Source: an uncultured Thermoleophilia bacterium (lineage in GTDB: Bacteria; Actinomycetota; Thermoleophilia; UBA2241). Taken from it: a DNA stretch of 64,000 nucleotides. Made by a program: the position numbers and the translations under genes. Within the stretch, counting starts at the first letter, position 1, and each line of letters opens with the position of its first letter. This document shows positions 31,752-42,811 of this stretch, in pieces. The stretch is taken from assembly GCA_963715985.1 (NCBI GenBank), contig CAVQSP010000013.1, positions 192,001 through 256,000 on the forward strand, written 5' to 3'. The notes below the pieces were generated by a model. It worked only from the letters and a program-made list of their open reading frames with translations. It did no database searches and was not told the origin of the DNA.

Positions 31752-32415
31752 CTAGGTCAGCTCGTCGAGGTGGCACTCGCCGCCGGGTCCGGCGATCACG
31801 AGGAGCATGTCTCCCTCCGCGATCTTCAGGCCAGGGCCCGGCATGACGATCTCGCTGCCGCGAAGCACGGCGGCCGGATGGCAGCTCGGAGGCATCCGCA
31901 GCTCCTCGAACGTTCTTCCCGCCAGGCTTCCGCCCTCGGTCGCCGTGATGGACGTGATGGTGACCTCCCCCTCCTTGAGGTCGAGAAGCTTGACCAGGTC
32001 GGTCAGGGTGGCCTCTTCCTCGATCAGCCGGGCGACGATCTGCGCGGAATCGAGGGCCACGTCAACGCCCCAGCTGCGGTTGTACAGCCAGCGGTTGCGG
32101 GGATTGCGGACGGCGGCGATGACCTTCTTCACCTTGTACTCGTTCTTGGCCAGCAGGCAGGCGACGAGGTTGTCCTCGTCGTCCCCCGTGGCGGCGACGA
32201 ACACGTCGGCGCGGTCCGTGCCCGCCTCGAGCAGCACGCTGGGCTCGTCGGCGTCCCCCTGCAACACGGTGACTTCCGCCCAGCCGATGAACTCCTCGAC
32301 CATGGCCTTGCAGCGCTGCGGCGTCCTGCTCGATGAGCGTCACGGTGTGCTCTTTGCTCACGTAGCGCGTGACGCGCCGGCCGAGCCTGCCGGCGCCGGC
32401 AACGACGACTCTCAT
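31752..32415 (-). CDS. TrkA/KtrA family RCK-domain protein (frameshift near 32312)
   Basis: VVVAGAGRLG, GDA, AATGDDEDNL, RCK_C domain; TGATG coupling to the upstream gene. Confidence 0.9.
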
Positions 32416-33065
32416 CACTTCCACCCCATCATCTTCTGGAACGTGTCCACAGCGGATGTGTGCACCAGCACGTGCACCTGGTCGTCCTTCTCGAACGTGG
32501 TTCCGGAGACCGGCAGGAACCCCCGGCCCATGCGCACGATGAGCGCGACGCGGATCTCACCGGGCACGCGGAGGTCGTTGACCGGCTTCCCGATGAAGTG
32601 CTCCGGGACCCACGCGGCGAGCATCTGGATCTCGCCGTTGCCGAACGTGTGCTCGCGTTCCAGGTCGGCGCTGGTGATGAGCTCGATGATCTTGCTCGCG
32701 CTCCAGGCCGTCGGCGCGAACGTCTGCACGCCGTACCGTCGGTAGATCTCGGCGCGCTGCGGGTCGTAGATGCGGCTGATCACATCCGGCACCCGGTAGA
32801 CCTCCTTGGCGACACGCGCGGTCACGGCATTGGTGTTGTCGCCGGAGGTGGCCGCCACGAGCGCGTCCGCCTCGGCGATGCCGGCATCCTCCAGGACGGA
32901 GCGCTCGAAGGCGTAGCCCTCAAGGGTGCGTCCACTGAAGCCGTGGGGCAGCAGGCGGAACGCCATGGGGTCCTTGTCGATGACCACGATGTCGTGGCCC
33001 TCGCGGGCGAGCGCGGCCGCGGTGTACGCCCCGACCCTGCCGCACCCGACGATGATGACCTTCAT
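32415..33065 (-). CDS. TrkA/KtrA family RCK-domain protein
   Basis: IIVGCGRVG, AATSGDNTN, RIYDPQRAEIY; TGATG overlap with the ATPase stop. Confidence 0.93.
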   Translation of the reverse strand: MKVIIVGCGRVGAYTAAALAREGHDIVVIDKDPMAFRLLPHGFSGRTLEGYAFERSVLEDAGIAEADALVAATSGDNTNAVTARVAKEVYRVPDVISRIYDPQRAEIYRRYGVQTFAPTAWSASKIIELITSADLEREHTFGNGEIQMLAAWVPEHFIGKPVNDLRVPGEIRVALIVRMGRGFLPVSGTTFEKDDQVHVLVHTSAVDTFQKMMGWK

Positions 33066-36000
33066 CAGGCTGACTTCCTTTCGGTCGCGGTGAGGGCGGC
33101 AGGTGACGGAACCTTCCGGTGCCGCAGGAACCATTTTCTCGCCTCTTCGGCGAAGAACAAGACGACGGCCGAGATCACCAGGAAGATCCAATCGGCGAGC
33201 GTGAGCGGGCCGGTCTTGAAGATGTCGGCGATGAACGGCACGTAGGAGATGGCGAGGATGATGCCGATGCCGACGAGCTCGCCGATCACGAGGAAGCGGT
33301 TGGTGAAGAGGCCGACCTTGAAGAGCGACTCACGCTCGGTGCGGCAGCCGAAGCCGTTGGCCACCTGGCCGAACACGATGGCCGCCTGGGTCATGGTGAG
33401 GGCCTCCCGATAGACGGCGTAGTGGATGCTGGACGGGTCCATCCAGCTGGCGTCGCCCCAGGTCCAGCCGTGCGAAAGCAGCACGTACAGGAAGCCGGTG
33501 ATGGCGAAGACGGACTGGATCGCCCCGATGAATGCGACGCGGCGCAAGGTGGCTCCGCTGAGGAGGCGCTCGCTCCGCGCCCGTGGCGGCTGGTCCATGA
33601 CCCCCGGCTCCGGATGCTCGGTGCCCAGGGCGAGGCCGGGGAGGACGTCTGAGCCCAGGTCGATGGCCAGCACCTGCAGGGCGCCGAGAGGCACCAGGCC
33701 TACACCCCCGAGGGCGCAGAAGACGAAGGGGAAGAGTTCGGCCATGTTGTGCGAGAAGATGTAGGTGACCATCTTCTTGACGTTGGCGTACACCCCGCGC
33801 CCCTGCTCCACGGCCTTGATGATGCTGGCGAAGCTGTCGTCCAGCAGGATCATGGTGGCGGCCTCGCGCGAGACGTCTGTGCCCGTGAGACCCATGGCGA
33901 CGCCGATGTCGGCCTTCTTGAGGGCAGGGGCGTCGTTCACGCCGTCGCCGGTGACGGCGACGATCTGCCCCATATCCTTGAGAGCGGTCACGACCTGCAT
34001 CTTGTGCTCCGGCGCGACCCTCGCGAAGATCACGTCCTGCGGCTTCTGCAGCTCGGCCTTGAGGTCATTCTCGGTCATTGCTTCGAGGTCGACGCCGGTG
34101 ACGACGCGCACGTTCCTGTCCCCGCGGACGATGCCGATGCGGCGGGCGATGGCCTCGGCAGTCAACCCGTAGTCGCCCGTCACCATGATGATGCGGATGC
34201 CGGCCGTGAGGGCGTGCTCCACGGCCTCGCTCACCTCCGGCCGCGGCGGGTCGATCATGCCGACGAGACCGAGGAAGGTGAGGTCGGTCTCGACCGCGTC
34301 GGGAGCGTAGTCGGTGAGCTCGTTCGGCAGGTCGCGCTCGCACACCGCCAGCACGCGCAACGCCTGCCGCGACATCTCGTCGTTCTGCGCCACGATGCGC
34401 TCGCGCAGCTCGTCGGTCATGGCGACGACGTCGCCGTCCAGGCGCATGCGCGTGCAGCGCGACAGGGTCTCAGAGGGCGCGCCTTTGACGTAGGCCTTCT
34501 GGCCGTCGCCCTCCACGTGCACCACGGACATGCGCTTGCGCACCGACTCGAACGGCAGCTCGTAGATCTTGGGCCGTTCGATGAGCTCCGTCTGCAGGTC
34601 GAAGTCGGCCTTCTGTGCGGCGACGAGCAGGCAGCCCTCGGTGGGGTCACCGATCACGCGCCAGCCCTGGTCGTCCGACGGCGCCAGCACCTTGGCGTCG
34701 TTACAGAACGTCATGGCGCGCATCATCGGTTCGAGCTGCCGCCTGGCCTCCGTGCGGTCGAGCTCGGCGCCGTCCACGACGAACCCGCCGACAGGCTCGT
34801 AGCCGGCGCCGGTCACCTCGACGTCGCGCCCACCGACGGAGAGCGCCTTCACGGTCATCTCGGCCTTGGTGAGCGTGCCCGTCTTGTCGGTACAGATGAC
34901 GTTGGTGCACCCCAGCGTCTCCACGCTGGCGAGCTTCTTGATGAGCGCCTGGACCTTGGCCATGCGCTGCACGCCGATGGAGAGGGCCACGGACAGCGTC
35001 GCCGGCAGGCCCTCCGGCACCAGCGCCACCATCACACCGAGGGCGAACAGCAGCGCCGGGACGGCGCCGAAGTGGAAGACCAGGAGGGCCAGGACGAACA
35101 GCAGCACGCCGCAGAAGACGGCGATCATGGACACCGTCCGCGCCATGCGGTCGATCTCCTTGAGCAGCGGAGACCTCTCGTCGGAGACGCCGGCTGTGAG
35201 CGTGAAGATGCGCCCGAACTCGGTCTTGAGGCCGGTGTTGAACACGACCGCCCGCCCGGTGCCCGAGGCCACGCTCGTGCCCATGAAGACGAGGTTGGGC
35301 ATGTTGATGACGGCCAGCTCCTCTTCGAGGATGGGGTCGTCCGTCTTGCGCACCGCGTCCGACTCCCCCGTGAGGGCGATGTTGTTGGTCGAGAGCTCGT
35401 ACTGGCGCACGACGCGGGCGTCGGCGCTGATGCTGTCGCCCTCCTCCAGGACCAGCAGGTCGCCGGGGACCAGATCCTTGGCGGCGACCATGGTCACCTC
35501 GCCGTCACGCACCACTTTGGCGTTCGCAGGCACCAGCTTCTGCAACGCTTCGGTCGCCTTCTCGGCCCGGTACTCCTGGAAGAAGCCGATGATGCCGTTG
35601 AGGAGCACGACGCCGATGATGGCGACGGTGACGTTGATGTTGTCCTGGCGAGCCGAGCCGGTGGACAGCATGGCGGCGACGAAGACGAGGACCGCCGCCA
35701 CCTCGAGCATGATCGCGAAGAGCGACGTGAACTGGTCGAGGAACTTGTAGATGATCGGGCGGCTGACCTTGGCGGGCAGCACGTTGTGCCCGTACTGCTG
35801 CAGCCGCTTGAAGGCCTCGTCCTCAGTCAATCCCGCGGACGACGAGCCGAGGCGCTCGTAGACCTGGTCGTCGGGGAGCTGCCAGAGCTCGGCCGCCGGC
35901 GCGGGACCGGCCGGCCGGTCAGGCGCCGAGCCGGCCGGCCCGCTGCCGTTGCCGCCCGTCCGGTGGACGAGCGCCGGCGAAGCCGGGTCATCCTCGTCGG

Positions 36001-36067
36001 GCAGCATTGCCTGGACCCGTGAAGGGCGGATCTCCGCCCGTGTCGAGATGTGGTCATGCGGCGTCAA
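33065..36067 (-). CDS. Cation-transporting P-type ATPase, Na+/K+-ATPase-like (P2C-like)
   Basis: TGES, VPEGLPAT, DKTGTLT, KGAP, GDGVND, M6 IDLGSD; GGAGG RBS before TTG at 36067 (alternative ATG near 36007). Confidence 0.9.
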   Translation of the reverse strand: MTPHDHISTRAEIRPSRVQAMLPDEDDPASPALVHRTGGNGSGPAGSAPDRPAGPAPAAELWQLPDDQVYERLGSSSAGLTEDEAFKRLQQYGHNVLPAKVSRPIIYKFLDQFTSLFAIMLEVAAVLVFVAAMLSTGSARQDNINVTVAIIGVVLLNGIIGFFQEYRAEKATEALQKLVPANAKVVRDGEVTMVAAKDLVPGDLLVLEEGDSISADARVVRQYELSTNNIALTGESDAVRKTDDPILEEELAVINMPNLVFMGTSVASGTGRAVVFNTGLKTEFGRIFTLTAGVSDERSPLLKEIDRMARTVSMIAVFCGVLLFVLALLVFHFGAVPALLFALGVMVALVPEGLPATLSVALSIGVQRMAKVQALIKKLASVETLGCTNVICTDKTGTLTKAEMTVKALSVGGRDVEVTGAGYEPVGGFVVDGAELDRTEARRQLEPMMRAMTFCNDAKVLAPSDDQGWRVIGDPTEGCLLVAAQKADFDLQTELIERPKIYELPFESVRKRMSVVHVEGDGQKAYVKGAPSETLSRCTRMRLDGDVVAMTDELRERIVAQNDEMSRQALRVLAVCERDLPNELTDYAPDAVETDLTFLGLVGMIDPPRPEVSEAVEHALTAGIRIIMVTGDYGLTAEAIARRIGIVRGDRNVRVVTGVDLEAMTENDLKAELQKPQDVIFARVAPEHKMQVVTALKDMGQIVAVTGDGVNDAPALKKADIGVAMGLTGTDVSREAATMILLDDSFASIIKAVEQGRGVYANVKKMVTYIFSHNMAELFPFVFCALGGVGLVPLGALQVLAIDLGSDVLPGLALGTEHPEPGVMDQPPRARSERLLSGATLRRVAFIGAIQSVFAITGFLYVLLSHGWTWGDASWMDPSSIHYAVYREALTMTQAAIVFGQVANGFGCRTERESLFKVGLFTNRFLVIGELVGIGIILAISYVPFIADIFKTGPLTLADWIFLVISAVVLFFAEEARKWFLRHRKVPSPAALTATERKSA

Positions 36068-36127
36068 GCGTCGCCTCCATCTGCTGCCGCCTGATAGCGC
36101 AGGCGGAAACGGCACATACGACATCAG

Positions 36128-36192
36128 AGGGTAGCGAGCAGCCCGTGAACCCGGCGTGAAGCAGGGGCCCCGGACCCTCAAGAAGCCGTTAA
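36128..36192 (-). promoter_or_regulatory. Putative KdpE-activated promoter (four half-sites plus -10 TACCCT) for the P-type ATPase-trkA-trkA unit
   Basis: Plus-strand boxes GTGAA 36145, GTGAA 36156, CTCAA 36177, GTTAA 36188; same geometry as three other sites. Confidence 0.7.
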
Positions 36193-37339
36193 GGCTCCGG
36201 CGCGCCTTGCTCGGATCTGCCACGATGAGGATGTCGACGTGCTCCATGTCCCGCATGAGCCGCATCACGAGCGGCGAGCCGCGCAGCACTTCGTTGGCGC
36301 GGCTCCGCTTTGACTGGCCGAGCACGATGAAGGTGGCGCGCTTCTGGCGTGCGAACTTCAGGATCTCCTCGGCGATCGAATCGCCGCTGAGCTCCACGGC
36401 ATGCCCGCCGAGCTCGTGGGTCAGATCGAACAGGCGCTTGAGCTCCTTCGTGTGGCCGGGCGACTGCGGCCCCTTGTGCACGTACACGACCCAGAAGGGG
36501 CCCCGGAAGCGGTGCGCCAGACGGTGACCACGGCGCACCAGCTTCGCCGCGACCTGGCCCGGCCGCAGGCAGACCACCACCCGCTCCTCCGTCGTCAACG
36601 GGCGCTCGGTCTCGCGGCCGGAGATGTAGCGCTCCAGGCTCTCGTCGACCTCCTCCGCGGCCTTGCGCAGCGCCAGCTCGCGGAGGGCGACCAGGTTCTC
36701 CTGCTTGAAGAAGTTGGCCAAGGCACCGGGCACCGTGCCGAGGTCGTAGATCACACCGCGCCGGAGCCTGTTGAGGAGGGCATTGGTGGTGAGGTCCACG
36801 AGGACGATCTCGTCGGCGCGGTCGAGCACGAAGTCCGGCACGGTCTCCTGGACACGCACACCCGTGATCTGGAGCACGGTGTCGCTGAGGCTCTCCACGT
36901 GCTGGATGTTGACGGTGGTCAGTACGTCGATGTCGGCGGCGAGGATCTCCTCCACGCTCTGCCAGCGCTTCTTGTGGGCGGTCCCGGGGATGTTGGTGTG
37001 CGCGAGCTCGTCAACGAGAGCCAGCGACGGCGCACGAGCGATGACCGCCGCGGTATCGAGCTCATCGAACGCTTTGCCGCGATACTCGAGGCGCTTGAGC
37101 GGCACCTGCTCCAGGCCCTCCGCCGCCTCTGCGGTCTCCTTGCGCCCGTGCGTCTCCACGAAACCGATGACCACGTCCTCGCCACGCGAGCATCGCCGCT
37201 GGGCTTCGGCCAGCATCATGTAGGTCTTGCCGACGCCCGGGGCGTAGCCAAGGAAGACCTTCAGGTGACCGCGCTTGCGGAGCGTGCGCAGCGACAGCAC
37301 CTCCGCCACATCGTTCGCGGCTGCCCGATCGTTCGCCAT
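36189..37339 (-). CDS. kdpD: Stand-alone KdpD N-terminal sensor + USP domain protein (stop probably shifted out of frame by an indel near 36200)
   Basis: LKVFLGYAPGVGKTY, ETHGRKET, LVDELAHTN, NIQHVESL, USP domain ...IVLGQS...DILIV. Confidence 0.9.
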
Positions 37340-37929
37340 CAGCGTCGGGCGACGATACCGCCGCCTGCCTGGTCCAGAGCCAGGTTCAGCGCCAGGACGT
37401 TGACGCGGGGCTCACCCAGGAATCCGAACTGCCGGCCGGTCGTGTGCGCCTCGATCAGCGCGAGCACCCGCGACACCTGCAGGTCTCGCGCTGCCGCGAC
37501 ACGTGGAGCCTGGGCGCGAGCGTTGGCGATGGTGATGTCCGGGTCGAGTCCGCTCGCCGACGTCGTCACCATGTCGATGGGCACCTGCCCGATCTTGAGT
37601 CCGGGGTTCGCCGTGGTCGCGGCAATCACATCTGCTCGTACCCTGTCACGCAAGACCCTGCTCGTCGGGCCGAGGTTGGAGGACGACGAGCTCATCGCGT
37701 CGTAGCCCGCGCCTGCGGCCGAGGGGCGCGGGTGGAAGTAGCCGGCGGCGCTGAACTCCTGGCCGATGAGCGACGAACCGATCGCCCTGCCGTTCACCTT
37801 CACGATGCTCCCGTTCGCCTTGCCCGGGAACAGGATCTGGGCCGCGCCCGTCATCGCGAAGGGATAGATGAGGCCGAGGACGACCGCCGTGACGATCAGC
37901 ATACGGAGCGCGATGAAGGTGGTGCGCAC
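37339..37929 (-). CDS. kdpC: K+-transporting ATPase subunit C
   Basis: SLIGQ, YFHPRPSA, VTTSASGLDPDI, GEPRVNVLALN. Confidence 0.96.
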   Translation of the reverse strand: MRTTFIALRMLIVTAVVLGLIYPFAMTGAAQILFPGKANGSIVKVNGRAIGSSLIGQEFSAAGYFHPRPSAAGAGYDAMSSSSSNLGPTSRVLRDRVRADVIAATTANPGLKIGQVPIDMVTTSASGLDPDITIANARAQAPRVAAARDLQVSRVLALIEAHTTGRQFGFLGEPRVNVLALNLALDQAGGGIVARR

Positions 37930-37939
37930 GACTCCCCTC

Positions 37940-40036
37940 CTATCCCGCGAGACCGAGGGCGACGAGGACGAGGTCTATGGCCTTGATGCCCACGAACGGT
38001 GCGATCACGCCTCCGAGGCCGTACACGAGCAGGTTGTAGCGAAGCAGTGCGGCGGCGCCGATGGGCCTGAACTTGACTCCGCGCAGGGCGAGCGGGATCA
38101 GGAGCACGATGATGATGGCGTTGAAGATCACCGCCGAGAGCACAGCACTGTGCGCCGAGTGCAGGCGCATCAGGTTGAGGGTCTCGAGCTGGGGGAACGC
38201 GACCATGAACATCGCCGGGATGATGGCGAAGTACTTGGCTACGTCGTTGGCGATGCTGAACGTGGTCAGAGCGCCGCGCGTTATGAGCAGCTGCTTGCCG
38301 ATCTCCACGATCTCGATGAGCTTGGTGGGATTGGAGTCGAGATCGACCATGTTGCCGGCCTCTTTGGCGGCCACGGTGCCGGAGTTCATGGCGACGCCCA
38401 CATCGGCCTGAGCCAGGGCCGGGGCGTCGTTGGTGCCGTCCCCCGTCATCGCCACGAGCTTGCCGTTCTGTTGCTCCCGCTTGATGAGCTCCATCTTGGT
38501 CTCCGGCGTCGCCTCGGCGAGGAAGTCGTCTACGCCCGCCTCCTCTGCGATGACCGCGGCCGTGAGGGGGTTGTCCCCGGTGATCATGACGGTGCGGATG
38601 CCCATGGCGCGGAGCTGGTCGAACCGCTCGCGGATGCCGCCCTTGACGATGTCCTTCAGCTGGACGACGCCGAGCGCTTTGTCGTCGCGCGCCACGGCCA
38701 GCGGGGTGCCGCCTTCGTTCGAGACGCCCCTCATGGCCGCCTCGAGCTCGGGGGGCACCTCGCCGCCACGACTGCGGACCCAGCTGACGACCGCGTCACC
38801 GGCGCCCTTGCGGATCGCGTGGCCGTCGATGTCGATCCCGCTCATGCGCGTCTGCGCCGTGAACTCGACGAAGACGGCGTGTTCGGGATCGATGTGGCGA
38901 GCCCTGATCCCATACTGCTTGGCGAGCACCACCACCGAACGGCCCTCGGGCGTCTCGTCGGCGAGTGACGCCAGTTGGGCCGCGTCCGCCAGCTCCTGCT
39001 CCGTGACGCCGGGCACGGGGAGAAAGGCCACCGCCTGGCGATTGCCGAGCGTGATCGTGCCCGTCTTGTCGAGCAGGAGCACATCCACGTCGCCGGCCGC
39101 CTCCACCGCGCGGCCGGACATCGCCAGCACGTTGTGCCGCACGAGGCGGTCCATGCCGGCGATGCCGATGGCGGACAGCAGGCCGCCGATGGTGGTCGGG
39201 ATGAGGCACACGAGGAGGGCGATGAGCACGGTGGGCGAGACCGGCGCGCCGCTGTACACGGCGTAGGGCTGCAGCGTGACGACGACGATGATGAAGATGA
39301 TCGTGAGCCCGGCGAGCAGGATGTTGAGGGCGATCTCGTTGGGCGTCTTCTGGCGCTCCGCGCCTTCGACGAGCGCGATCATGCGGTCGAGGAACGTCTC
39401 GCCCGGGTCCGAGGTGATCTCCACCACGATGCGGTCAGACAGCACGCGGGTGCCGCCGGTGACGGCGCTGCGGTCGCCGCCGCTCTCGCGGATGACCGGC
39501 GCCGATTCGCCCGTGATCGCCGACTCGTCCACCGAGGCGATGCCTTCGATGACCTCGCCGTCGCCGGGGATGATCTCGCCCGCCGTGACGACGACGACGT
39601 CGCCACGACGCAGCTGTGCGCTCGGCACCTGGGTGATCGTGCCGTCCACCCGAAGGTTGGCCAGCGTCTCGGTGCGCGTGCGGCGCAACGCCTCGGCCTG
39701 CGCCTTGCCGCGCCCTTCGGCCATGGCGGTGGCGAAGTTGGCGAACAGCACGGTGAACCAGAGCCAGGCGGAGACGGAGCCCACGAAGAAGAGGGGTCCG
39801 CCGCGGAACAGCTCGTCGAGAAACGCGATGGTGGTGATGACGCTCCCCACCTCCACCACGAACATGACGGGGTTGCGAGCCACGTCGCGGGGGTCGAGCT
39901 TGACGAACGAGCGGCCGATGGCGGGCCAGATCAGCTCCCGCATGGACGCCCGCTGCGGCTTGGGCGTCGAGCCACTCGGCACGATGTCCTGCTGCGTCCC
40001 CGCCTGCTCCGTCGGCTGCTCCATCCTGGTCGCCAT
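37940..40036 (-). CDS. kdpB: K+-transporting ATPase subunit B
   Basis: [33 protein letters not shown]. Confidence 0.97.
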   Translation of the reverse strand: MATRMEQPTEQAGTQQDIVPSGSTPKPQRASMRELIWPAIGRSFVKLDPRDVARNPVMFVVEVGSVITTIAFLDELFRGGPLFFVGSVSAWLWFTVLFANFATAMAEGRGKAQAEALRRTRTETLANLRVDGTITQVPSAQLRRGDVVVVTAGEIIPGDGEVIEGIASVDESAITGESAPVIRESGGDRSAVTGGTRVLSDRIVVEITSDPGETFLDRMIALVEGAERQKTPNEIALNILLAGLTIIFIIVVVTLQPYAVYSGAPVSPTVLIALLVCLIPTTIGGLLSAIGIAGMDRLVRHNVLAMSGRAVEAAGDVDVLLLDKTGTITLGNRQAVAFLPVPGVTEQELADAAQLASLADETPEGRSVVVLAKQYGIRARHIDPEHAVFVEFTAQTRMSGIDIDGHAIRKGAGDAVVSWVRSRGGEVPPELEAAMRGVSNEGGTPLAVARDDKALGVVQLKDIVKGGIRERFDQLRAMGIRTVMITGDNPLTAAVIAEEAGVDDFLAEATPETKMELIKREQQNGKLVAMTGDGTNDAPALAQADVGVAMNSGTVAAKEAGNMVDLDSNPTKLIEIVEIGKQLLITRGALTTFSIANDVAKYFAIIPAMFMVAFPQLETLNLMRLHSAHSAVLSAVIFNAIIIVLLIPLALRGVKFRPIGAAALLRYNLLVYGLGGVIAPFVGIKAIDLVLVALGLAG

Positions 40037-40046
40037 GCCCGCGCCT

Positions 40047-41771
40047 CTAGAAGACCTTGCCCGCGTGCATCAGGAGCTGCTCCAGGATCGGCCCCAGCGC
40101 GAGTGCGGGAAGGAAGGTGAGGGCGCCGACGATCAGGATCACACCCACGAGCAGCACGACGAAGATGCCCCCGGTCGTGGGGAACGTGCCGCTGGACTCG
40201 GGCACGTGCTTCTTGGCCGCCAGTGAGCTCGCCAGTGCCAGACACGGGATGATGAAGAAGAAGCGCCCCCAGAGCATGGCGAGGCCACCGAGCGTGGACC
40301 AGAACTTGCCGCTCACGGTCAGACCGGCGAACGCACTGCCGTTGTTGCCCGTCTGTGAGAAGGCCGCATACAGGATCTCCGACAGCCCGTGCGGCCCCTG
40401 GTTGAGGATCGCGTCCCTGCCTGCGGGGACCACGCTCGCCAGCGCAGAGAGGCCCAGCGCCGCGACGCTGAAGTAGAGCACGGCGAGCACGGCCAGCTTC
40501 ATCTCCCGGGCCTCGATCTTCTTGCCGAGGTACTCCGGCGTTCGGCCCACCATGAGGCCCGCGATGAAGACCGCGAGGATCGCCATGACCAGGAGGCCCA
40601 TCAGACCGACACCGACTCCCCCGAAGACCACCTCGCCGAGCGCGATGTTGAGCATCGCCATGCCTCCGGCGAGCGGGGTGAGACTGTCGTGCGAGGTGTT
40701 CACGGCGCCGGTGGACGTGTCCGTGGTGATGTTCGCCCAGAGGGCGGAGTTGGCGATGCCGAAACGCACCTCCTTGCCCTCCTGGTTGCCGCCGGACTGG
40801 GTCGACGTCAACGCCTGGTTCGCGCCCTGTGCGGTGAGGATGGGATTGCCCGCCTGCTCGCTCCAGTACATGACCGCGACGCCCATGACGAGGAGCGCGC
40901 CGGCGGCGGCGAACAGCGCCCATCCCTGCCGCTGGTTGCCGGCGAACCGTCCGAACGTGTACGTGAGCGCGGCCGGGATGGCGAGGATCGCCAGCATCTC
41001 GATGAGGTTCGTGAGCGGCGTCGGATTCTCGTACGGGTGCGCCGAGTTGGCGTTGTAGGAACCGCCGCCGTTCGTCCCCAGCTCCTTGATGATCTCCTGC
41101 GAGGCGAACGGGCCCTGCGCGATCGTCTGCGTCACGCCCTGGACGGTGAGGGCTTTGGTGGGCGCGTTCAGGTTCTGCACGACGCCCTGCGAGACCAGCA
41201 CCAGCCCGCCGACGATGGAGATGGGCAGCAGGATCCAGACGATGCTGCGCGTGAGGTCGACCCAGAAGTTGCCCAGCTCCTTCGTGGTGTGCCGCGTCAG
41301 CCCGCGGATGAAGGCGACGGCGACGGCCATCCCGATCGCGGCCGAGACGAAGTTCTCGCGGGCGAGGCCGAGCATCTGCGTCAGGTAGCTGACCGACGTC
41401 TCCGGGACGTAGACCTGCCAGTTCGTATTGGTCGAGAAACTCACGGCCGTGTTGAACGCGACCCAGGGATCCATGCCGGGGACGTGCGCCGGGTTCAGGG
41501 GCAGGTGGCCCTGGAGGCGGAGCAGGACGTAGAGGAAGAGGAGGATGACGAGGTTGAACACGAGAACGGCGACGACGTACCCCCCAACGCCCATCTCGCG
41601 CTTCTCGTCCACACCGGCAAGTCGGTAGATGAGGCGCTCGACCGGGCGGGCGACGGGGTCGAGGAACGTCCGCTCGCCGCGGTAGACGTGCGCCATGTAG
41701 ACGCCGAGTGGCTTGGTGACCAGCACCACCAGCACGAGCAGGATGACGATCTGGAGGATCTCCCAGGCCAT
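40047..41771 (-). CDS. kdpA: K+-transporting ATPase subunit A
   Basis: Filter motifs NTNWQ, TNGGG, STGAVN, NNGSAF; [11 protein letters not shown]. Confidence 0.97.
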   Translation of the reverse strand: MAWEILQIVILLVLVVLVTKPLGVYMAHVYRGERTFLDPVARPVERLIYRLAGVDEKREMGVGGYVVAVLVFNLVILLFLYVLLRLQGHLPLNPAHVPGMDPWVAFNTAVSFSTNTNWQVYVPETSVSYLTQMLGLARENFVSAAIGMAVAVAFIRGLTRHTTKELGNFWVDLTRSIVWILLPISIVGGLVLVSQGVVQNLNAPTKALTVQGVTQTIAQGPFASQEIIKELGTNGGGSYNANSAHPYENPTPLTNLIEMLAILAIPAALTYTFGRFAGNQRQGWALFAAAGALLVMGVAVMYWSEQAGNPILTAQGANQALTSTQSGGNQEGKEVRFGIANSALWANITTDTSTGAVNTSHDSLTPLAGGMAMLNIALGEVVFGGVGVGLMGLLVMAILAVFIAGLMVGRTPEYLGKKIEAREMKLAVLAVLYFSVAALGLSALASVVPAGRDAILNQGPHGLSEILYAAFSQTGNNGSAFAGLTVSGKFWSTLGGLAMLWGRFFFIIPCLALASSLAAKKHVPESSGTFPTTGGIFVVLLVGVILIVGALTFLPALALGPILEQLLMHAGKVF

Positions 41772-41777
41772 GGCGTC

Positions 41778-41867
41778 TCAGAACTTCTCCGGCCGCAACA
41801 GGGCGTAGAAGACATAGGCCGCGAGGCACGCCGCGACGATCAGGAGGACGATGTTGATGGCGCTCAT
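41778..41867 (-). CDS. kdpF: K+-transporting ATPase subunit F (29 aa)
   Basis: MSAINIVLLIVAACLAAYVFYALLRPEKF, with the KdpF C-terminal signature. Confidence 0.9.
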   Translation of the reverse strand: MSAINIVLLIVAACLAAYVFYALLRPEKF

Positions 41868-41875
41868 CGGGACCC

Positions 41876-41959
41876 TCAGAGCCGCGGCGCCACACGGGCG
41901 TACGCCGCCGCGGCCAGGAAGAAGACGAGCACGAGCGCGATGAAGGCGAGGTCTCCCAT
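41876..41959 (-). CDS. 27-aa hydrophobic peptide upstream of kdpF
   Basis: MGDLAFIALVLVFFLAAAAYARVAPRL, read by hand; absent from the ORF track. Confidence 0.7.
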   Translation of the reverse strand: MGDLAFIALVLVFFLAAAAYARVAPRL

Positions 41960-41983
41960 AGCATGCTGCGGTCCGGAGGCGGG

Positions 41984-42227
41984 TCAGACGTGCTTCTCGC
42001 GCAGCGCGCTTGCCTTCTCGCGCGCGACGCGAGCTGTCTGCGGACTGCGCCGCTGTGGTCGCGGTGAGATGACGAGGACCGATACCGGCGTCTCGATCGC
42101 GCCGCTGCCGGCGCAGGTGGACCTGCTCACGCACGCCGGCCTGGATCGCCCACGCCAGAATGCCGACGGCCAGCATCACGGCAGCGATCATGACGATCTC
42201 GATGAGGATCTCTCCAACCAGCATCAT
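41984..42227 (-). CDS. Small single-TM protein, first gene of the kdpFABC unit (3' end inferred, needs an indel)
   Basis: AGGAGG RBS; MMLVGEILIEIVMIAAVMLAVGILAWAIQAGVREQ. Confidence 0.6.
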
Positions 42228-42275
42228 GTCGGCCTCCTGGGTGGTCCACTGGCGTGGCGTGACTGCTACACAGGG

Positions 42276-42340
42276 ACCGTACCCGGGGCTGCCTTAAGGA
42301 GCCGTGAACGAGCCTCCGACCCTCATTAAGACTCCGTGTA
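42276..42340 (-). promoter_or_regulatory. Putative KdpE-activated kdpFABC promoter (four half-sites plus -10 TACGGT)
   Basis: Plus-strand boxes CTTAA 42293, GTGAA 42304, ATTAA 42325, GTGTA 42336. Confidence 0.75.
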
Positions 42341-42422
42341 GGCTTGCGGCGGTCAAGCCAGCCGGGCTGGAGAGCTAAGCCGCGGCGTCAGCTTCGACAC
42401 GCGGCGCAGGGTGGTGGAGCGT

Positions 42423-42641
42423 CTAGGGACGCGACAGCCAGTGGGGAAGAAGCAGCGCAACGCGCCGGCCGAGAGGCGACGGCGTCGAGGCTACCGCGCG
42501 TGGGGACTTCCGCCTTCTGCCGGGCCGCGTCCTGGGCGACGTCTCGACAAGAGTCACGCGCAACAGGTACACAATGAAGACGACCGCGGCGACGACAGCG
42601 GCGATCACCACGATTCCGCTCACGATCGAGTACAGTTCCAT
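42423..42641 (-). CDS. Small single-TM hypothetical protein
   Basis: MELYSIVSGIVVIAAVVAAVVFIVYLLRVTLVET followed by a basic tail. Confidence 0.6.
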   Translation of the reverse strand: MELYSIVSGIVVIAAVVAAVVFIVYLLRVTLVETSPRTRPGRRRKSPRAVASTPSPLGRRVALLLPHWLSRP

Positions 42642-42687
42642 GACAACGACCCCCTGGGGAGCGCCTGAACAGCATGCCTATGCTCCG

Positions 42688-42752
42688 ACGGTAGTCGTCG
42701 TGCCGTGAACGTGCCGTGTAGGCGGGGGGGTGCGGCATCAAGAACCTGTGAA
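42688..42752 (-). promoter_or_regulatory. Putative KdpE-activated promoter (four half-sites plus -10 TACCGT)
   Basis: Plus-strand boxes GTGAA 42705, GTGTA 42716, ATCAA 42737, GTGAA 42748. Confidence 0.7.
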
Positions 42753-42811
42753 GGCGGAAGCCGGTGGAGAGCGGCCGATCCCGGCTCGCGTGGCGCCGGC
42801 GCTCCGGCGCC

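Noticed and set aside
33065-37339. 1424-aa KdpD-N/USP-P-type ATPase fusion in the ORF track
   Set aside because: The linker looks non-coding and contains the conserved four-box promoter and a GGAGG-TTG start. An out-of-frame TAA (36189-36191) follows a GCGCGC run right after the USP domain. An indel artefact is more likely, though reads should be checked.
41778-42227. 149-aa extended KdpF
   Set aside because: It overlaps a better 27-aa ORF in another frame and KdpF has its own ATG. It is probably read-through caused by an indel.
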